DNA of 64,000 nucleotides, taken from NCBI GenBank assembly GCA_041694885.1, contig JBGFRX010000005.1, positions 5,291-69,290 of the forward strand, given 5' to 3'. A program made the translations under genes and the position numbers. Below are positions 55,704 to 64,000 of the stretch, piece after piece. Source of the stretch: Candidatus Micrarchaeota archaeon (lineage in GTDB: Archaea > Micrarchaeota > Micrarchaeia > Anstonellales > Bilamarchaeaceae). How positions within the stretch are numbered: position 1 is the first letter of the stretch; each line of letters starts with the position of its first letter. A model generated the notes under the pieces. The model ran no database searches and was not told the DNA's origin. It saw only the letters and a list, made by a program, of their open reading frames with translations.

Positions 55704-56461
55704 ATCCTGAAGAATTTCCTGGCTACTTTCACTGCGCCGTGCACTCCCAACATCGTCGGCCTTGCTTCGCCGCATATTTTCCCGTTCCTTAGGGCATTTA
55801 GCAATTCCTTCGGATTTTCGACATCAAATTCCTTCATTTCTATCCAGCATCTTCCGAATTCAAACAAAAGATGAGCGTCGCTTCCAGCGCCTTTCAGCTT
55901 CCTGTTTCTTTCGGCGAATTCGAGTGCATTTGCATTGCATTCCTTTGTGCAGTGGCCGTTCAGCACCTCCACCACATCGACCTTCTTCGCCAATTTTTCA
56001 TCGGAAACACCATGCCTTCTCGCATCATACATGTGCGGAAGGTAGGAAATAGCACCCTGATCCTTTAGCTGGTCCAGTGTTTCAAGGAAGTCCAGCTTGT
56101 CCGGGATCAGTTCGTTCAGGTAAAGCCCTATAAGATCGCCCTGCAGCGTCTTCATTTCCTCCCCAGCTATAAACCTAAAGCCCATTTTCCGCAGCTCTGC
56201 ATGTGATTTGATGTTCCCGTGATCAGTTATCGCAGGAATTATGCCAAACTCCTTCGCCTTCGCAAAAATCTCCCTAAAGCCACAGAGCGAATCAGGAGAA
56301 TAATTTGTGTGCACATGCAGGTCTATCTTCATGCAAATTCCTTTTCTTTTTGAGGTGAATAACTTGGATGTTGTGCTGAGGCGGTTAGTTCGTCTTAGGT
56401 ATTGCGTGACATTTGACTCAGCGGGGTAAACCCTTGCATCCTTGGCGATTGGCAGCGGCAT
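55700..56461 (-). CDS. PHP-domain phosphoesterase. The likely true start is the Met at about 56332 ('MKIDLHVHTNYS').
   Basis: PHP motif 'DLHVHTNYSPDS' and later 'HP..D'. The 43 upstream codons of the tracked ORF run through a structured non-coding-looking region. Confidence 0.65.
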   Translation of the reverse strand: MPLPIAKDARVYPAESNVTQYLRRTNRLSTTSKLFTSKRKGICMKIDLHVHTNYSPDSLCGFREIFAKAKEFGIIPAITDHGNIKSHAELRKMGFRFIAGEEMKTLQGDLIGLYLNELIPDKLDFLETLDQLKDQGAISYLPHMYDARRHGVSDEKLAKKVDVVEVLNGHCTKECNANALEFAERNRKLKGAGSDAHLLFEFGRCWIEMKEFDVENPKELLNALRNGKICGEARPTMLGVHGAVKVARKFFRI

Positions 56462-56661
56462 TTCATCTTCTTTTCAACAGCTCCCTTCTTCATCGCGAAA
56501 GTTGAAAGAAGTTTTTTTTCTGTATCGCTGCCAGGCCCCTTAAAGGCCCTTTATCTAGGATGGACGGAACTTCCTCACCCAAACCGGTTTCCCCCTTCCA
56601 GTTCCGAAACGGAAAACCCGAAAGAGGAAACTTCTGTGGGCGTAGCCACTCCGCCTCAGCA
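56369..56661. ncRNA. Candidate structured RNA of about 290 nt, closed by a 10-11 bp terminal helix; class and strand unassigned
   Basis: 'tgctgaggcgg' (56366-56376) pairs with 'ccgcctcagca' (56651-56661). Internal helices: ggcagcg...cgctgcc enclosing cttcttttcaac/gttgaaagaag, and ttccg-aaa-cggaa. It sits in a 435-nt gene-free gap. Confidence 0.35.
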
Positions 56662-56767
56662 AAAATAATTGCTCTTTTCGCCTTTATATAATGCGCAGTC
56701 GTTCTGGTACGAATTCAGGATTTCCTCATCCCAGCGAGTTCGCAGATTAAGACATTTTTCAGCGAAT

Positions 56768-57256
56768 CTATCTGATTTTATAATGAGCGATTATTCCCCG
56801 CGCCCGTGCAACTGTCCTGAACATGTTTTTCCAGTGGCCCCCTTTCCAGTATATTTTCCCGCATTTTCTGCATATCCAGAATTTCCTTTTTCTTCTATAT
56901 ACGTCAGGCGGGGCTTCGGTTCTGGAGACTTTCCCCGCGATTTGAAAGGTGCCGTTGCATTTCGGGCAGCGGGTGTTTTTTGGGAAAGTTATTTTGTAAC
57001 TATAGTTACAAAAGACCTGTGCAATCTGCTCCCCTATGTCAACGGAGTTGATGAGCAAAAATTCCGCCTTCCTTTTCCTAAGAGAGGGAAGCATTTTCGC
57101 ATCGCGGGTAAGAAGGACGAGGTTGTGCCTTTTGACGTACGAGATTATGCGCGAATCCGGCTTTCCCCTCGAATAATCGTATTCGCAGTAAACGCCGAGT
57201 ATGCGCAGCCATTCCGCCAATTTTTTCAGCATCGCATCAGCAAGGAACTTTTGCAT
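56768..57256 (-). CDS. Mut7-C RNAse domain protein (PIN-like plus C-terminal zinc ribbon; DUF82)
   Basis: 'MLKKLAEWLRILGVYCEYD' N-terminus; 'CPKCNG...CRKCGKIYWKGGHW' zinc ribbon. Confidence 0.65.
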   Translation of the reverse strand: MQKFLADAMLKKLAEWLRILGVYCEYDYSRGKPDSRIISYVKRHNLVLLTRDAKMLPSLRKRKAEFLLINSVDIGEQIAQVFCNYSYKITFPKNTRCPKCNGTFQIAGKVSRTEAPPDVYRRKRKFWICRKCGKIYWKGGHWKNMFRTVARARGIIAHYKIR

Positions 57257-57375
57257 GAATGGATTTGCGACGGCTTTATATATAAAGTGTGGAATGAGCA
57301 GCTTAGGGTGCCGCTCTGGGCAGCAGGCCTTCAGGAGGTGATAAAGGAAGAAAATAAATTAAAAAACAAAAATGA

Positions 57376-57684
57376 CTAACTGAGCAGGATCTTCACGAAG
57401 ACGTCGTCAGGGACCTTTATCCTCATGATGTTCCTTATGCTCTTCTCGTCCGCTTCCACATAAAGCAGGCGCTTGGAGATTCTCTTCTGCCAGTGCTCGT
57501 AGGTATCGCTCCCATCCCCGCACGGAGTCCTTCTTGTGGTTATGGAAAGGATCCTTCTCGGCATAGGAATCGGTCCGCGGATTTTCATTCCGAAGCGCTT
57601 CGCGAGCTCCTTTATCTGCGCTATCACGCTGAGTATGTTCTTCGGCTTCTCTCCGCTGAGCGTTATTTTTACTTTGCTTGCCAT
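57376..57684 (-). CDS. rps10: 30S ribosomal protein S10 (uS10)
   Basis: About 102 aa, 'KVKITLSGEKPKNILSVIAQIKELAKRFGMKIRGPIPMPRR'; immediately downstream of the EF-1alpha gene. Confidence 0.9.
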   Translation of the reverse strand: MASKVKITLSGEKPKNILSVIAQIKELAKRFGMKIRGPIPMPRRILSITTRRTPCGDGSDTYEHWQKRISKRLLYVEADEKSIRNIMRIKVPDDVFVKILLS

Positions 57685-57723
57685 CAGCTCACTGCATTCT
57701 TACCGCATGCCATTCTGTTGTCG

Positions 57724-59028
57724 CTATTTCTTCTCCACCACGTCCAAGACCACTCCTGCTGCAACGGTCTGGCCCATGTCCCTGATCGCGAACCTGCCGA
57801 GAGGAGGGAATTCGGAGAATTTCTCGACCACTGTTGGCTTAAGCGGCAGTATCTTCACCACTGCCACATCTCCTGTCTTGAGGAAGTCCGGCTTGCCTGG
57901 AACCGGCTGGCCTGTCTTCGGATCCTTCTTCTCCACCAATTCCGTGAACTTGCCCGCAAAGTGCGTAGTGTGTATGTGTATTACCGGTGTATAGCCAACA
58001 GAAACAGCTGTCGGGTGGTTGAGCACCACGATCTGCGCGGTGAATTCCGACGCGACCTTGGGCGGGCTGTTGCTTGGGCCAATCACTTCGCCCCTCTTTA
58101 TATCCGCCTTCTCCACCCCTTTCACGTTGAAACCTACGTTGTCGCCTGGAAGCGCCTCAGCGAGTTCCTGATGGTGCATCTCTATCTTCTTCACTTCGCC
58201 CTTCTTGCCAGAAGGCATGAATATCACAGGCATGTTGATCTGCAGTTTTCCGGTCTCCACCCTTCCCACAGGCACGACGCCGTGGCCGGTGATCAGGAAC
58301 ACGTCCTGAACCGGAAGGCGCAGTGCTTTGTCAACTGGCTTGGGTGGTAGAACCATGTTGTCGAGCGCTTCGAGAAGGGTGTTGCCGTTGTACCACGCCA
58401 TCTTGTCCGACTTTTTGGTTATGTTGTCCCCGTTGTAGGACGATGCGGCAATCCACTGCACGCTTTCCATCTTGTAGCCCATTCCCCTAAGCAGTTTTTC
58501 CGCCTCCGCCTTCACTTCGTTGAACTTGTTCTGGTCGTAGCCCACTGCGTCCATTTTGCTCAAATTTACTATGAGCTGGTTTATTCCCAGCACTTTTGCG
58601 AGGAACGCGTGCTCCTTGGTCTGCAGCTGTATTCCGTCCTTGACGGAAATGACGAGCACCGCCGCGTCCGCTTGGCTCGCACCTGTGATCATGTTCTTGA
58701 CGAAATCCTTGTGTCCCGGCGCGTCAATAATCGTGTAGTGATATTTCTGGGACTCGAATTCCCTGTGCGAAATGTCTATCGTAACCCCCTTTTCCCTTTC
58801 CTCCTTCAGTTCGTCCATAATGAACGCGAACTCGAATGTCGCCTTGCCGACTTTTGCTGCTTCGTCCTTGAGCTTGTTCAACATCTGCTCGGAAACGGCA
58901 CCGGTCTCGTAGAGCAAACGCCCCACTGTGGTGGACTTTCCTGCGTCCACGTGCCCAATAAACACGATATTCATGTGCGGTTTTTTCGTTGCCATGTTTT
59001 TCACCTTTGTTTTTTTGCTTCTACGCAT
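57724..59028 (-). CDS. tuf: Translation elongation factor 1-alpha
   Basis: 'GHVDAGKST', 'DAPGHKDF', 'NKMD' GTPase motifs; 434 aa. Confidence 0.95.
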   Translation of the reverse strand: MRRSKKTKVKNMATKKPHMNIVFIGHVDAGKSTTVGRLLYETGAVSEQMLNKLKDEAAKVGKATFEFAFIMDELKEEREKGVTIDISHREFESQKYHYTIIDAPGHKDFVKNMITGASQADAAVLVISVKDGIQLQTKEHAFLAKVLGINQLIVNLSKMDAVGYDQNKFNEVKAEAEKLLRGMGYKMESVQWIAASSYNGDNITKKSDKMAWYNGNTLLEALDNMVLPPKPVDKALRLPVQDVFLITGHGVVPVGRVETGKLQINMPVIFMPSGKKGEVKKIEMHHQELAEALPGDNVGFNVKGVEKADIKRGEVIGPSNSPPKVASEFTAQIVVLNHPTAVSVGYTPVIHIHTTHFAGKFTELVEKKDPKTGQPVPGKPDFLKTGDVAVVKILPLKPTVVEKFSEFPPLGRFAIRDMGQTVAAGVVLDVVEKK

Positions 59029-59157
59029 TGCAGATTAGCGATTCTAACCTAAGATTTTTTCTCTTAGAAAAGAGTATTACCTTTTATGTCGAGGGGTTTT
59101 TAAACATTTCGCCTGCAAAAAGAAAGAATACGAATTGTCAGTGCAATTCACCGGAAT

Positions 59158-59829
59158 GTGGCTAATCAGTTCCCGGTTTCGCGTCTCCAGTCTTGTGCTG
59201 GAAACCGGAGACCGAATACTGATATGCTGAACGGAAAAATGGCGTTAAGTCGAAACTGGAGACCGGAAACGGCCAACGGCCCAGCGAGACGCTCATGGGT
59301 GAATAAAATGGGTGCATACAAATACATACAGCAAAACCTCGAAAAGGAATACAGCGAAAGGAACGAACTCTATAGGCAGAAAGTAATCGGCTGGAAGAGG
59401 GGAAACGCGATAGAAAGGACTGAATACCCATCGAATCTTCCACGTGCGCGGGCCTTGGGATACAAAGCGAAAAATGGCTTTGTTGTCGTGAGGGTGCGCA
59501 TAGAGAAGGGAAGGAGGAAGAGGCAGAAGACGTGGGGCGGAAGGAAGCCAAGGCACAATTACCGATTTGTGCAGCCGCAGCTCTCGCACCAGGCAATGGC
59601 TGAGCAGAGAGCGAACAGGGTTTACAAAAACCTCGAGGTCCTCAACTCCTACTGGGTGGGCGAGGACGGGAACTATAAGTTCTTCGAGATAATAATGGCT
59701 GATCCGGTATTGGTTAAGGACCTTGCCGCAATAAGGGCTAAAGGAAGGGCTTTCCGCGGTCTTACTTCGCAGGGAAGAAAAGCAAGGGGCTTGCGGGCAA
59801 CGGGCAACCGGATGCAGAGGGGCTCCTAG
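59158..59829 (+). CDS. rpl15e: 50S ribosomal protein L15e. The likely start is the internal Met at about 59308 ('MGAYKYIQQ').
   Basis: 'KYIQQNLEKEY...GYKAKNGFVVVRVRIEKGRRKRQ...RFVQPQ' L15e signatures. Confidence 0.85.
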   Translation: MANQFPVSRLQSCAGNRRPNTDMLNGKMALSRNWRPETANGPARRSWVNKMGAYKYIQQNLEKEYSERNELYRQKVIGWKRGNAIERTEYPSNLPRARALGYKAKNGFVVVRVRIEKGRRKRQKTWGGRKPRHNYRFVQPQLSHQAMAEQRANRVYKNLEVLNSYWVGEDGNYKFFEIIMADPVLVKDLAAIRAKGRAFRGLTSQGRKARGLRATGNRMQRGS

Positions 59830-59913
59830 GAGAGGGCTAAGCACCAAAGAAAGCAGGCACAGGAAAATAAGATCCTTAGAACCCAGAGGCATAAGCTGCC
59901 AAGCAGGTAAAAT

Positions 59914-60375
59914 ATGTACGACATAATACGGGCGCGCAATATCGCGCCCGAACCCTTTCATTTTGCCAAACTCTATTTTCTGGACGAAGTTAAAGGCAGG
60001 ATAAGCAAACTACCGAATCTGGACGAAGCGATGAAAATGAAGAACAAAAAGGGGCTCATCCTTCTGGACAAATACAGTGAGGACATAGGGCTCATGAAGA
60101 AATTTGCTGAAAAAAGCTCCGCTGCATTCCTCATTGATTTGGGACGGCTTATTGAAACGAACGGGTTCGGCCGCGCTGTGGAAATGGCGAAGATGCGCCG
60201 CTTTCTCCGCACGTGCGTAAAATACGATATCCCCTTTGCGCTCGCTTCATTTGCAAAGGACGAATTTTCCATAAGGAATGCGAAGGAGCTCTGCCACATC
60301 GCCACTTTGGCAGGGTTGAACGTGGGGCAGGCGAAGTTCGGGTTGGAGAGATTGAGGGGCTATCTGGAGCATTAA
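59914..60375 (+). CDS. rnp3: Probable RNase P protein subunit Rpp30 (Rnp3), unusually short (153 aa versus about 210-240 aa typical)
   Basis: C-terminal 'KYDIPFALASFAKDEFSIRNAKELCHIATLAGLNVGQAKFGL' resembles the Rpp30 TIM-barrel C-terminus. The position directly after rpl15e matches the archaeal exosome/RNase P superoperon order. Confidence 0.4.
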   Translation: MYDIIRARNIAPEPFHFAKLYFLDEVKGRISKLPNLDEAMKMKNKKGLILLDKYSEDIGLMKKFAEKSSAAFLIDLGRLIETNGFGRAVEMAKMRRFLRTCVKYDIPFALASFAKDEFSIRNAKELCHIATLAGLNVGQAKFGLERLRGYLEH

Positions 60376-60461
60376 CGAGATATTATTCTTATCCTGGGAC
60401 TTCTGTGTTTCGCGATAAGCTCAAAACTATTTGGAAACCAGACGGTTTCACATTGCAGAGA

Positions 60462-61322
60462 TTAGCGCAGGGTTGCTCCAGTAATCATCCTGTAAGCCAT
60501 GAGGTACCTTTCCGAGGTCTTATCCACGATTTCCTCTGACAAAGATGGTGCAGGCGGCTCCTTGTTCCATCCGCTTTTTTCCAGATAGTCGCGCAGGAAC
60601 TGCTTGTCCATGCTTTCCAGAATTCCCTTATCGTACTGCTCCTTGAGCCAGTAGCGCGAGGAATCAGGGGTAAGCGCTTCGTCCACCAGAATTATCTCGT
60701 CGCCTACTTTTCCGAATTCGAATTTCGTGTCTGCAAGCACTAGCCCTCTTGGAAGGAGATATTCGTGCGCGAATTTGTAAAGCGCTATCGCCTTCTGCTT
60801 TATGTAATCAACATCTTCTTTTCCGAACATCCGCTCTGCCTCTTCCACGCTGATGTTAATGTCGTGTCCTGTTTCCGCCTTTGTGGAAGGGGTAAACACC
60901 GGCTCCGGCAGGCGGGAGCCGTTCTTGAGCCCCCCAGGCAGCTTTATTCCGGCGAGAGTTCCCTTTTCCCTGTACTCCTTCCAACCGCTCCCTGTCAGGT
61001 AGCCGCGCACCACTGCTTCCATCCGGATCACGTTCGCGCTTTTTGCGATCATCGCGCGGCCATCCATCGCCTTCAGTTCCCCGGGCATCGCATCCGTTAT
61101 GAAATGATTTTCAATTATGTGCTCCGTTTTCCTGAACCAGAATGCGGAGAGTTTGTTGAGTACTTCCCCTTTTTTCGGGATCCCCTCTTTGAAAACTGAA
61201 TCAAAAGCGCTTACCCTGTCCGTTGAGATTATCAAACGGTTTCCTTTGTATTCGTAGGTGTCGCGCACCTTGCCCCTGTGCAGGAATTTGTGCTTTAATT
61301 CGGTATGAGTTATCGTATCCAT
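60462..61322 (-). CDS. purC: Phosphoribosylaminoimidazole-succinocarboxamide synthase (SAICAR synthetase, long form)
   Basis: 'GKVRDTY', 'ISTDRVSAFD', 'LVDEALTPDSSRYW' motifs. Confidence 0.85.
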   Translation of the reverse strand: MDTITHTELKHKFLHRGKVRDTYEYKGNRLIISTDRVSAFDSVFKEGIPKKGEVLNKLSAFWFRKTEHIIENHFITDAMPGELKAMDGRAMIAKSANVIRMEAVVRGYLTGSGWKEYREKGTLAGIKLPGGLKNGSRLPEPVFTPSTKAETGHDINISVEEAERMFGKEDVDYIKQKAIALYKFAHEYLLPRGLVLADTKFEFGKVGDEIILVDEALTPDSSRYWLKEQYDKGILESMDKQFLRDYLEKSGWNKEPPAPSLSEEIVDKTSERYLMAYRMITGATLR

Positions 61323-61353
61323 CGTCCCACCACAAAAAATTTGTCGGTTTGGT

Positions 61354-62268
61354 TTATAAACCTACTTTTCCATTTTCCCCAAACATCTTCAACATCTGCT
61401 CGAGCATATCCGGATTGAGAATGGGCTTTCCGAACAACTCCAGGTCATCAACTATGCGCGGGCACGCTGCGTTCACGTACGCCTCGAACAGTGCGAAGTT
61501 CGCTATCGAATGCGGATTGAATTCGCTTCCCACTATTATTTCCGCCCTTTTTCCCTTTTTCTCTAACTCTCTCTTCGCCCATTTCGCTATTTCCGGATGG
61601 AACTGGCCCGGCTTGGTGGAAAGCAAAATTCCGAAAACGTTCGCTGAAAGCGCTGCTGCGAGTGCGCCCTTTCTTTTTCTCCCTAATTTTTCAATTTCCT
61701 CATTTATCTGTCTGAAGTCCTTCGTGTACGGATTGAAGATGTAGACAGCTTTGCTTTCCTCCATCACGAGCGGATGGAACATTCCATCCCCTATGTAAAG
61801 AACCGCTTCCGCTTCCGGGATTTTTATCGCGCTCGCATCGCATCCCAGCACCTGTCCTTCGTGGGCTGCAAGCACCCCTTTTTTCGTGAGCGCCTCTATT
61901 CCGTTCGATCTGAAAAAATCCCTGATTTTCTGGAGTTCGTGCGTGTGCTGCACCGTGGTCGCGAGCGCTATTCTTTTGTATTTTTTTAATTCGCTCAAAA
62001 TTGCGGCCAAATCTTCTGTTTTTATATCCACCTTCCACTCAACATATTCAACAGGAATTTCAACTACACCTGCGATTGGGAACTTCGCATGGCCAAAATG
62101 CACTATTTCATCTGCATGAATCGCTTTTGCCTCGTCTAACGCGAGGTCACAGGCGCCATAAGAGGGGCTGGAGGAAAGGAAAACCTCGTGTCCGTCTGCT
62201 TCCAATTTCTGCGCGTGCTGGAGGGCATATTTCTTCAGTCCTTCCGGAAACTGGAGCAGTATCTTCAT
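61354..62268 (-). CDS. dph2: Diphthamide biosynthesis enzyme Dph2 (2-(3-amino-3-carboxypropyl)histidine synthase)
   Basis: Three-domain Dph2 fold with conserved Cys at 'YGACDL', 'GCYAT'-like and 'AACPRI'. Confidence 0.7.
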   Translation of the reverse strand: MKILLQFPEGLKKYALQHAQKLEADGHEVFLSSSPSYGACDLALDEAKAIHADEIVHFGHAKFPIAGVVEIPVEYVEWKVDIKTEDLAAILSELKKYKRIALATTVQHTHELQKIRDFFRSNGIEALTKKGVLAAHEGQVLGCDASAIKIPEAEAVLYIGDGMFHPLVMEESKAVYIFNPYTKDFRQINEEIEKLGRKRKGALAAALSANVFGILLSTKPGQFHPEIAKWAKRELEKKGKRAEIIVGSEFNPHSIANFALFEAYVNAACPRIVDDLELFGKPILNPDMLEQMLKMFGENGKVGL

Positions 62269-62384
62269 TCAGCAACACCTTTGGGCAAAGCAATTTCCGG
62301 AATTTTGCCCGATTCATCGAACGAATATTCCGGAAGCGGTAATGGGATTCGCATGATTAGATTGCTTAAAAGAAAAATAAAAGA

Positions 62385-64000
<1,616 letters not shown>

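Noticed and set aside
56369-56661. SRP (7S) RNA or RNase P RNA assignment for the PHP/Mut7-C intergenic element
   Set aside because: There is no CCGGAAGG(G/A)AGCA helix-8 motif. 'ACAGAA' is found only at the wrong end, and 'GAGGAAGUUCCGUCC' lacks the GGGC core. I reported it only as a candidate structured RNA.

Overview
This is a gene-dense archaeal chromosomal segment of about 50% GC. The archaeal assignment rests on several features visible in the window. There is an initiator-type tRNA-Met with an A1:U72 pair. There is an intron-containing tRNA. There are aIF5B, EF-1alpha, S10, L15e, MBF1, FEN1, Dph2, the class V FBP aldolase/phosphatase, archaeal-type ProRS and AspRS, and GatCAB.

Most of the content is housekeeping:
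- a complete arginine biosynthesis operon, argJ-argB-argD-argC-argF-argG-argH, all on the minus strand
- hisG and hisS
- proS, glmS, serA, purM, purC
- thiolase with its DUF35 partner, and pyrD
- gatCAB, two aminotransferases and aspS
- the wyosine-pathway gene for TYW1/Taw1, an RNR class II gene, and the start of ppsA

The non-routine content is this:
- Two inteins interrupt essential genes: a 687-aa LAGLIDADG intein at the P-loop of aIF5B, and a 350-aa intein at the NPC|GE catalytic site of the class II RNR.
- The aIF5B intein carries an in-frame, compositionally aberrant, highly structured insert of about 250-350 nt, bracketed by a perfect 14-bp long-range inverted repeat.
- A roughly 103-bp promoter-containing module occurs twice in inverted orientation, 26 kb apart. 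One copy sits upstream of a DsrE-like gene. The other sits upstream of one member of a pair of paralogous 7-TM membrane proteins. These paralogs share a conserved F-E-H ... F-W-H-x-M-H motif and bracket the aspAT/aminotransferase/aspS block.
- A perfect 48-bp direct repeat copies codons 14-29 of aspS onto the 3' end of one paralog.
- An ISL3-like transposase N-terminal remnant lies beside the other paralog.
- A winged-helix plus ACT regulator is transcribed divergently from the arg operon, with a perfect palindromic candidate operator between the two promoters.
- A roughly 290-nt candidate structured RNA, closed by a 10-11 bp terminal helix, lies between the genes for a PHP-domain protein and a Mut7-C protein.

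No CRISPR array, rRNA gene or defence locus was seen.
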